Shown: positions 57,069-64,000 of the stretch, piece after piece
Numbering within the stretch: the first letter of the stretch is position 1
Layout: the number at the start of each line of letters is the position of its first letter
DNA from: an uncultured Bdellovibrionales bacterium
GTDB lineage: Bacteria; Bdellovibrionota_C; UBA2361; SZUA-149; CALKYB01
Assembly: GCA_964510575.1 (NCBI GenBank)
Contig: CAZECN010000007.1
Location: 8,184-72,183, forward strand
DNA: 64,000 nt
Direction: 5' to 3'
The notes under the pieces: generated by a model
Database searches by the model: none
What the model was told of the DNA's origin: nothing
What the model saw: the letters and a program-made list of their open reading frames with translations, nothing else
Made by a program: the position numbers and the translations under genes

Positions 57069-58436
57069 ATGAGTAATAGACCTTGGGTAAATTCTAATGA
57101 AAGAATTGGCCCTGACGACAATCTTAGCGACCCTTTCCTAAAAGCTGTCAGCCCTGAGCAGGACTTCCGTGTCGGTGTGGAGCTAGAACAATTTCTAGTA
57201 TCTAGAGATTCCTTCGAGGCAGTAGGCTACTTTGATGATTCTGGAATTCAAACAGTCTTAAAAGCATTCCAAACAAAATTTGATTGGAATGCTGTTTTTG
57301 AAAATGACAACGTTATTGCTCTCAACAAAGACTCGTTAACAATCACCTTAGAGCCTGGTGGAGCACTTGAATTTGTTTCCCCTCCTCTTGAAAACATAAA
57401 TCAAATTGATCAGGTGATTAGTAGCTTTGAGCAAGAGTTAGTAGAAATACTCAAATCATCTAACTTGGATGCCCTACCTTTAGGCTACTTACCTTTCGAC
57501 ACACTAGAGTCAGTTAAGCTAGTTCCAAAATCACGATACGACTTCATGTATGACTATATGCCAAAGGTCGGTAGTCGAGGTCGGGAGATGATGAAACTAA
57601 CTTCTTCGATCCAGGTGGCGATAGACTATTCCAGCGAGGAGGATGCCTGCCGAAAAATGAGGCTTGCGGCGTTAGCATCTCCTTTCTTTATAGCCCTAAG
57701 CTCCAGCTCACTGATTAAAGGTGGAAAGCCCGATCACCTAGCCTCTCAAAGAGCTGATATATGGGCCAACACAGATCCCGCTAGAAGCGGAGTACCAAGT
57801 TTTCAAATTAAAAATGATGCTAGTTTTGAAGACTATGTGAACTGGGCGCTAAAAGCTCCGATTTATTTTATCGTAAGAGATGGTCAGAATTTTCCCGCCG
57901 GAGGGATTTCTTTTAGTGAATTTATAGAAGGTAAATTCGACTTTGGAAAAATAGAAAATGACCCCTATCCAGTTCGTGCAGACTGGGAGCAGCATCTTTC
58001 AACTCTATTCCCGTGGATTAGACTTCGCCACTACGTAGAGGTTCGGTCTTTTGACATGGGTCCTCCTCAAGCTCAGCGCGCAGCTACTGCCCTCGTCAAG
58101 GGGCTCTTCTACAGTGAAAAATCTATGAGCGGAATGGATAAAATTCTCCACTTCAATGACTCAAGATCTCTGTCAGAGCTGTTTTCTGCAGTAAGCCAAG
58201 ATGGCCTTGATGCCAGACTGGAAGGAGTTCCGATAAGATCCGTAGCTGAACACCTAGTTAATATCGCCGAAGATGCACTAATCAAAGCAGACTTAGGTGA
58301 AGAAAGGTTCTTAAACTACTACAAAGAAAAAATAGAGAAATGGTCTAAAAAGTCGGAAATAGAATCCGCCTCAAAAGACACAAAAGGATACATAGCTAGT
58401 CGTTCTCAAAGAACTTTACTGAACAAGCTCTTTTAG
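57069..58436 (+). CDS. gshA: glutamate-cysteine ligase, family 2 (GCS2) type
   Basis: 455 aa. RVGVELEQFLV and later conserved blocks resemble GCS2-type gamma-glutamylcysteine ligases. Substrate is not provable from sequence. Confidence 0.7.
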   Translation: MSNRPWVNSNERIGPDDNLSDPFLKAVSPEQDFRVGVELEQFLVSRDSFEAVGYFDDSGIQTVLKAFQTKFDWNAVFENDNVIALNKDSLTITLEPGGALEFVSPPLENINQIDQVISSFEQELVEILKSSNLDALPLGYLPFDTLESVKLVPKSRYDFMYDYMPKVGSRGREMMKLTSSIQVAIDYSSEEDACRKMRLAALASPFFIALSSSSLIKGGKPDHLASQRADIWANTDPARSGVPSFQIKNDASFEDYVNWALKAPIYFIVRDGQNFPAGGISFSEFIEGKFDFGKIENDPYPVRADWEQHLSTLFPWIRLRHYVEVRSFDMGPPQAQRAATALVKGLFYSEKSMSGMDKILHFNDSRSLSELFSAVSQDGLDARLEGVPIRSVAEHLVNIAEDALIKADLGEERFLNYYKEKIEKWSKKSEIESASKDTKGYIASRSQRTLLNKLF

Positions 58437-58850
58437 TAGTTTATCCGTCTTTTTCGACTCAGAGACACAGATAAATACAGTATCATCACCAGCAATACTA
58501 CCAAGAACTCCCTTTACTGGCTCTCGGTCTAAAGCCGCAGCAACAACTCCAGCATGTCCTGGGGGCGTCTTCAGTACGATTATATTTCCTGAAACGGCAG
58601 AACTCACAATAAAGTTTCTCATAACCTGAGAAAGCGACATACCATAAACGGAACTGGCCTCAACAATCTCATAGCGAGAACCGGCCTCTGTTTTTACGCG
58701 CACAGCACCAAGTTCATCAAGGTCTCTCGAAACAGTTCCCTGCGTAGCATCAAAACCAGCTTTATTGAGCAGCTTTACAGCTTGAGCTTGAGAACCGATC
58801 TCTCCGGCCTCAATAAGTTCAACTAACTTGGCGAGCCTCCTGTTTTTCAC
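58416..58850 (-). CDS. argR: arginine repressor ArgR
   Basis: N-terminal wHTH (SQAQAVKLLNKAGFDATQGTVSRDLDELG) and the C-terminal oligomerisation motif GSIAGDDT. Confidence 0.9.
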   Translation of the reverse strand: MKNRRLAKLVELIEAGEIGSQAQAVKLLNKAGFDATQGTVSRDLDELGAVRVKTEAGSRYEIVEASSVYGMSLSQVMRNFIVSSAVSGNIIVLKTPPGHAGVVAAALDREPVKGVLGSIAGDDTVFICVSESKKTDKLLKELVQ

Positions 58851-58860
58851 AGTTCCCTCA

Positions 58861-59814
58861 CTAGCTCTTGGACAACTCTTCAGCCAGTTCTGGCTTCAAT
58901 AGAAAAAGGAATGCGGCCATCGTAGCAGGCAAACGATTATGAGCTTGTTGAATAACATAAGAGTGAGGACCATCAATCACTTCTGCAGATATCTCTTCTC
59001 CTCTGTGGGCTGGCAAACAGTGAAGAATTTTTACATCTTTAGATGCTAATGAAGTCAGTTCACTATTTATCTGAAATCCTTCAAGGCGTTTCTTATGTGC
59101 CTCGGCTCCTGATTCCTCACCCATAGAAACCCAAACATCGGTGTATAACAAATCTGCTTTCTCTGCCCCTTGCATTGGGTCGCTGACTACAGAAATACTA
59201 CCTCCATTTGCACTGGCCAGCTTCTGGGCATCAGATACTACCTTAGCCTCAGGCTCAAGACCCTTAGGGCAAGCTGCTCGAAAGTTTATTCCCTGCATTG
59301 CTGAAGCCAACATTAAAGATGCACAAACGTTATTCCCATCTCCAACATAGCAAACTGTCTTTCCTTTGAGCTCACTTTCCCAAAGTTGAGACATAGTCAA
59401 TAAATCCGCAAGGGCCTGTAAAGGGTGAAACTGATCACTCAGACCATTGACGATCGACAACCGGTCCGATTCCCTTAATTCCTCAAGCAAGGCGTGGCTA
59501 TTTACTCTCCCCATTAACAACTGGAGATAGCCCGACAAAACTCTTACAGCATCTGAGGCCGGCTCTCCCCTATTAAAATGAAGCTCATCTCCTCTAAGCT
59601 GAACAGGATGCGCTCCCATATTAGCTACTGCGACCTCAGCTGAAACTCTTGTTCGTAAAGACTGCTTTTCAAAGAGAAGCCCTATCGAATTTTCCTTCAA
59701 AGCATCCGACGCAAGCTGTTTATTTTTTGAAAAATTTAGTCCTAATTTAACAACTATACTCTGTTCTTTAACCGAGAGATCGTCGTCTCTAAGAAGATGT
59801 CTGAATCTTTCCAT
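58861..59814 (-). CDS. argF: ornithine carbamoyltransferase
   Basis: SLRTR (carbamoyl-phosphate site), HPLQ, DVWVSMG and HCLPAHRGEE motifs. Confidence 0.9.
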   Translation of the reverse strand: MERFRHLLRDDDLSVKEQSIVVKLGLNFSKNKQLASDALKENSIGLLFEKQSLRTRVSAEVAVANMGAHPVQLRGDELHFNRGEPASDAVRVLSGYLQLLMGRVNSHALLEELRESDRLSIVNGLSDQFHPLQALADLLTMSQLWESELKGKTVCYVGDGNNVCASLMLASAMQGINFRAACPKGLEPEAKVVSDAQKLASANGGSISVVSDPMQGAEKADLLYTDVWVSMGEESGAEAHKKRLEGFQINSELTSLASKDVKILHCLPAHRGEEISAEVIDGPHSYVIQQAHNRLPATMAAFLFLLKPELAEELSKS

Positions 59815-60986
59815 CAGATTTCCTCCTCAATTTTTCTAGTTAGTATTTCACAAGCCTGATCTATCTCAGAGTCTGAGACAATTAGCGGTGGAGTCAGTCT
59901 GACAACATCTGGGCGAACTGCATTAACAATCAAACCTGCCTCAAAACAAGCTTTCTCAACCTTCTTGGCCACTTCACTGCTAAGCATAACACCAAGCATT
60001 AAACCAACTCCTCTAACTCCTGTAACTCCAGGCTTATATTCAAAGGCTTTTCTAATTCTTGCCTCAGCTGCGACAGCCTTCGCCATCAAATCATTTTTCT
60101 CGATATAGTCGATTGCTGCTAAAGCCGCTCGACAAGGCACTGGTCCTCCACCAAAAGTAGTCCCATGGTCACCTGGCTTAAAAACCTCAGCAACCTGATC
60201 GCTAGCAATACAGGCTCCAATAGGCATTCCGTTCCCCAGGCCTTTTGCCGAAGTAAAGACATCAGGCTTAAGATCGAAATTCTGAAAACCCCACCACTTA
60301 CCTGTTCTCCCTATTCCACTTTGCACCTCGTCTAGCACAAATAATATATTTCTTTCTTTACAAAGATTCTGGAGCCCTTTTAAGAACTTCACTTGACCAG
60401 GAACTATTCCGCCCTCTCCTTGAATAGGCTCTACCCAAATTGCGGCAACATTATCATCAATGGCTTTATCAAAAGCCTCTAAATCGTTAAAAGGTAGGTG
60501 AACATTAGTTTGTGCCAATGGAGCAAAGCCTTTCCATTTAGCTGGTTGTCCAGTAGCAGGCAAAGTTCCAAGAGTTCTTCCATGAAAGGAATTTTCTGCA
60601 CAAAGAATTTTAGTCTTCTCTGTATTATCCCCAAAATTATGATGGGCCCACTTTCTGACTAACTTAACTGCGCACTCGTTAGCCTCTGCTCCCGAGTTTG
60701 CAAAAAAGACTTTTCCATAACCTGTTATCTTTTGGAGTTTTTGGGCTAAAAGTGCCTGAGGTTCAGTCCAAAAAAGATTGCTCACGTGACCAATCCTTTC
60801 CAATTGATCCATAATAGCAGCATTCACCTCTGGGTTAGCATGGCCAACTGAGACAACAGCAATACCTGCTAAAAAATCTAGATATTTTTTACCTGTGTCA
60901 TCCTCAAGCCAACACCCCTTGCCTTTAACAAAGTTAACAGCTGGAGGAGCATAGGTGCCAATTAAAGGAGCTTCAAAGTAGGGCAT
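59814..60986 (-). CDS. argD: acetylornithine aminotransferase
   Basis: Class-III aminotransferase with DEVQSGIGRTG and the PLP-lysine context FTSAKGLGNG. Confidence 0.9.
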   Translation of the reverse strand: MPYFEAPLIGTYAPPAVNFVKGKGCWLEDDTGKKYLDFLAGIAVVSVGHANPEVNAAIMDQLERIGHVSNLFWTEPQALLAQKLQKITGYGKVFFANSGAEANECAVKLVRKWAHHNFGDNTEKTKILCAENSFHGRTLGTLPATGQPAKWKGFAPLAQTNVHLPFNDLEAFDKAIDDNVAAIWVEPIQGEGGIVPGQVKFLKGLQNLCKERNILFVLDEVQSGIGRTGKWWGFQNFDLKPDVFTSAKGLGNGMPIGACIASDQVAEVFKPGDHGTTFGGGPVPCRAALAAIDYIEKNDLMAKAVAAEARIRKAFEYKPGVTGVRGVGLMLGVMLSSEVAKKVEKACFEAGLIVNAVRPDVVRLTPPLIVSDSEIDQACEILTRKIEEEI

Positions 60987-60988
60987 GC

Positions 60989-61882
60989 TTACTCGCTCCC
61001 GTCTCTAAAAATCATGGTTCCAATTCCTTCAGGTGTAAATATTTCTAAAAGCACTGCGTGCTCTACTCGACCATCAAGGATATGCGCTCTCTTAACCCCA
61101 CCATCAAGGGCCGCTAATATTCCATCCACTTTTGGAATCATTCCAGCAGTCAGAGAGCTGCTTTCTTTCATCTTCCTCAGCCCTTTGGCTTTAATTTCAG
61201 GGATCAAACTATTCTCATCTCCAAAGGTCTCATAGAGACCTTCAACATTACTGAGAACTATCAATTTTTCAGCACCCAAGGCTCCAGCTAAGTTGCCAGC
61301 AGCAAGGTCCACATTAATGTTATACGCTTGACCTTCATCATCTACTCCTACAGAACCAATTACCGGCATATAGCCATTTTCGAGAGTCTTGATAACTAGA
61401 TCTGTGTTGATATTTTTCAACTTACCTACGAATCCTAGTTCCGGAGATTCTTGCTCGACCGAGAAAAGGTTACCGTCTGCGCCACTCAAACCAACAGATT
61501 TAGGGCCATGAACGTTCAATAAAGAAACTAGTTTTCTGTTGAGATCACCGAGGAGAACCATAGACATAATTTTCATGGTTTCTTGGTCAGTTACTCGAAG
61601 TCCATTTTTAAACTCCGGTTTTTTACCCAGCTTTTCCATCGCTCTAGAAATTTGAGGGCCGCCACCATGAAGCAACACAATCTGTATACCAACCGACTTA
61701 AGCAATATTAGATCCTGGGCAAAGCTGGCTGAAGCCTCTTCGTTATCCAGTAGCTCTCCTCCTACCTTGATCACCAATCGCTTACCTCCGAAGTTTTTCA
61801 AAAACGGTAGGGCTTCAATAAGTATGCCTGCTTTGGCCTGGGTATCGGCTGTCACTCTATTTCTTTTGTCGACTGTCATCAT
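60989..61882 (-). CDS. argB: acetylglutamate kinase
   Basis: VIKVGGE...LLHGGGPQI...INVDLAAG motifs. Confidence 0.95.
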   Translation of the reverse strand: MMTVDKRNRVTADTQAKAGILIEALPFLKNFGGKRLVIKVGGELLDNEEASASFAQDLILLKSVGIQIVLLHGGGPQISRAMEKLGKKPEFKNGLRVTDQETMKIMSMVLLGDLNRKLVSLLNVHGPKSVGLSGADGNLFSVEQESPELGFVGKLKNINTDLVIKTLENGYMPVIGSVGVDDEGQAYNINVDLAAGNLAGALGAEKLIVLSNVEGLYETFGDENSLIPEIKAKGLRKMKESSSLTAGMIPKVDGILAALDGGVKRAHILDGRVEHAVLLEIFTPEGIGTMIFRDGSE

Positions 61883-61921
61883 TTTACTAGTTTCCTCTCT
61901 CGGCTCTCTCTACAAGAAAAC

Positions 61922-63121
61922 CTAAGACCTACCCATATTCTCATCGACATAGGCGTGACTTAGGTCACAGCCGTAGGCTTCGGCGCTCTGGTCGCCTGCG
62001 TGTAAGTTTGCAGAAATCTCGATTTTAGAATTTAGCATGTAGGAATCCATCGACTTCTGATCATGCTTGCAGGCAATACCCTTATCGCAGACTTTCTGCT
62101 CTCCATAAAAAATCTCTACAGCTCGCGGATCAAAACTCGCCCCCGAAGCACCAAGCTCGGCTATGATTCTTCCCCAGTACTGGACCTCTCCCGCTAAGGA
62201 ACATTTGACCAATACCGATCCCACAACGGCTCTTGCCGCGAGTCGAGCATCTTCTTTACTAGCAGCTCCTGCTACTTTCATTGTTAAAAATTTACTGGAA
62301 CCCTCTCCATCCTCAGCCATTTGCTTAGCCAGGTCCGAACAAACCTTCGTTACTGCTTCTTGCAATTTAACGAAGGAATCAGATCCTTTGGTAACTTCAG
62401 CTGCAGAAGAGAAGCCATTAGCCAAAAGAAATACCGTGTCATTAGTCGACATACATCCGTCAACAATCATCGAGTGAAAAGAGTCTTCCATAGCTGAAGC
62501 TAATATTTCATGAGCTAAGGATGAAGAAAGCTTGGCATCAGTGGTAACGACTGCAAGCATTGTTGCCATAGAAGGTGCTAGCATTGCCGCACCCTTGGCC
62601 ATTCCACCGACTTTCACCAACTCTCCATCAAGTTCAATCTCCACTGAAGACTCCTTGGCAAAAGTATCAGTAGTCATCATAGCGGCAGCCGCTTCAGAGC
62701 CTCCCTCTTCTTTCAAACTAGAAGCTGCAAGTTTCACACCCTTGCAGGCAACTTCTGAGTTCAGCGGAATACCAATCAATCCAGTCTGGGCAATCAATAC
62801 TTGTTCAATCGGTAAATTTAGTGACTCAGCTGCAGCCTCGCACATAGCTAGTGAAACTTCATCCCCAGCAGGGCCATTGGCAGCGTTGGCATTTCCAGAA
62901 GAAAAAACTATTGCTTGGGCTGAGCCCGACTCAGACAAATGCTTTTCACTAATTAGAACGGGAGATGCCTTTGCTAGGTTCTTAGTAAAAACTCCAGCAG
63001 CGCTGCAAGGAGATTCCGAATACAACAAAGACACATCAGACTTACCTGAAGGCTTAATTCCAGCCGACACACCGGAAGCTTTAAATCCGATTGGGAAACA
63101 TGCTCCTGTTTTGCTTGCCAT
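61922..63121 (-). CDS. argJ: bifunctional ornithine acetyltransferase / N-acetylglutamate synthase ArgJ
   Basis: Autoproteolysis site in PSMATMLAVVTTDA, with family-wide similarity. Confidence 0.95.
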   Translation of the reverse strand: MASKTGACFPIGFKASGVSAGIKPSGKSDVSLLYSESPCSAAGVFTKNLAKASPVLISEKHLSESGSAQAIVFSSGNANAANGPAGDEVSLAMCEAAAESLNLPIEQVLIAQTGLIGIPLNSEVACKGVKLAASSLKEEGGSEAAAAMMTTDTFAKESSVEIELDGELVKVGGMAKGAAMLAPSMATMLAVVTTDAKLSSSLAHEILASAMEDSFHSMIVDGCMSTNDTVFLLANGFSSAAEVTKGSDSFVKLQEAVTKVCSDLAKQMAEDGEGSSKFLTMKVAGAASKEDARLAARAVVGSVLVKCSLAGEVQYWGRIIAELGASGASFDPRAVEIFYGEQKVCDKGIACKHDQKSMDSYMLNSKIEISANLHAGDQSAEAYGCDLSHAYVDENMGRS

Positions 63122-63132
63122 TGTTATGACTC

Positions 63133-64000
63133 CTATGGATATAAACCGCTAACTGGAAGGCCTGTTTCCTCAGGCATACCAAGTATAATGTTTGCATTCT
63201 GAATAGCCTGACCAGCAGCACCTTTAACTAAATTATCAATGACCGAGGTCACTACCGCTCTTCCAGTTCTGTTATCTAGCTTTGCATTAATCAATGCACA
63301 GTTTGAACTGGTAACAGCTTTAGTTTGAGGCTGCCCTTCAATCACATAAACAAACTCACTTGTAGAATAGGCCGCCTGAAGGCAGTCATTTAGTTTCTTT
63401 TGATTGACTCCATCTTTAACCTGGGCTGAAGATGTAGCATGTATGCCTCTAACCATTGGCGCTAGGTGCGCTGTGAAACTAACCTTAACATTACTAGAAG
63501 CATAACTATTCACTGCCATTTCAATTTCTGGAGTATGCTGATGTGCAGTAACTTTATATGCAGAAAAATTCTCATCTACATGAGAGAAATGAACTTTTTC
63601 ACCAGGCACTCTTCCTGCTCCTGACACACCACTGACAGCATCAACTTGAACTACTTCTTCGATCAATCCTTCTTTCAATAGAGGAGCAAGAGCAAGGCTC
63701 ACAGCTGTGGGGTAACAGCCTGGGTTAGCAATCTTATTCGCTTTAGTAATGTTATCTTTAAAAAGTTCGCACAACCCGTATGTCCAATCACCAAGCTCGT
63801 CCGGACAAATATGTGGTCTGCCATACCACTGGTCGTATAGAGAAGCCTCTTTAAGTCTGAAGTCTGATCCTAAATCAACAAGAGACTTGGACTTAAGATT
63901 AGGGAGAACTTCCATCGACTTACCATGAGGAAGAGCTGAGAAAACTACATCTGCCTCAGTAAGCTTTTCTGAGACCTGATCAGCAGAAGCAAAATGCAGA
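63133..64000 (-). CDS. argC: N-acetyl-gamma-glutamyl-phosphate reductase (5' end beyond window)
   Basis: Active-site context ANPGCYPTA. The frame stays open to nt 64000 (…VVFSALPHGKSMEVL…), so the gene starts outside the window. Confidence 0.9.
   Translation of the reverse strand, partial: LHFASADQVSEKLTEADVVFSALPHGKSMEVLPNLKSKSLVDLGSDFRLKEASLYDQWYGRPHICPDELGDWTYGLCELFKDNITKANKIANPGCYPTAVSLALAPLLKEGLIEEVVQVDAVSGVSGAGRVPGEKVHFSHVDENFSAYKVTAHQHTPEIEMAVNSYASSNVKVSFTAHLAPMVRGIHATSSAQVKDGVNQKKLNDCLQAAYSTSEFVYVIEGQPQTKAVTSSNCALINAKLDNRTGRAVVTSVIDNLVKGAAGQAIQNANIILGMPEETGLPVSGLYP

Noticed and set aside
58416-58436. 21-nt convergent overlap of the gshA-like and argR 3' ends.
   Set aside because: Short convergent overlaps are common, and both proteins look complete. 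I noted nothing further.
58861-59814. Whether argF encodes an acetyl/succinyl-ornithine carbamoyltransferase rather than a classical OTCase, given SLRTR instead of STRTR.
   Set aside because: The ornithine-binding DxxxSMG loop (DVWVSMG) and HCLP motif are present, and argJ is in the operon. Both point to a standard OTCase.
62532-63152. Long antisense ORFs inside well-supported genes. Examples: 62532-63152 and 62163-62477 opposite argJ, 29944-30315 opposite the antiporter, 55861-56310 opposite clpA, 43575-43958 opposite purM, and 38474-38893 opposite nqrC.
   Set aside because: Each lies fully within a gene with strong family-level similarity on the other strand. Their translations are low-complexity (Ser/Ala/Pro-rich) and lack start-site signals. 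They are typical shadow ORFs.

Overview
This is a 64-kb chromosomal window from a Gram-negative bacterium of moderate GC content. It carries LPS, type II secretion and Na+-NQR genes, but the taxon cannot be assigned from sequence alone. Most of the window is core metabolism in tight operons:
- a T2SS cluster (gspE-F-G-H-I-J-L-M plus a possible gspN, with no gspK)
- purA followed by a response-regulator::LpxC fusion, then fdxA and tRNA-Cys
- a GT4/GT2 glycosyltransferase pair and head-to-head cmoB/cmoA
- a CPA2 antiporter-MBL-purB-purS-purQ-yafV gene string
- the complete nqrABCDEF-apbE-nqrM cluster, followed by a yadGH-like ABC-2 transporter
- yajQ, purM, a split acyl-CoA synthetase, hemE-hemY-dcd, an M48 peptidase, surE, mgtC, clpS-clpA, a GCS2 glutamate-cysteine ligase, and argC-J-B-D-F-R

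The least ordinary observations are:
1. A dispersed family of ~57-62-nt palindromic elements with constant TATAC/GTATA outer stems and subfamily-specific complementary inner stems. These elements also build two ~0.3-0.4-kb direct repeats that partition an accessory-looking segment between cmoA and yafV.
2. The REC-LpxC fusion.
3. A PurQ that lacks its nucleophile cysteine and is translationally coupled to a nitrilase-superfamily amidase.
4. Two paralogous 28-codon hydrophobic ORFs, too short for the supplied ORF track, that share a conserved leader.
5. A 229-nt spacer that splits nqrC from nqrD.

I saw no CRISPR array, transposase, integrase, rRNA or recognisable defence gene.
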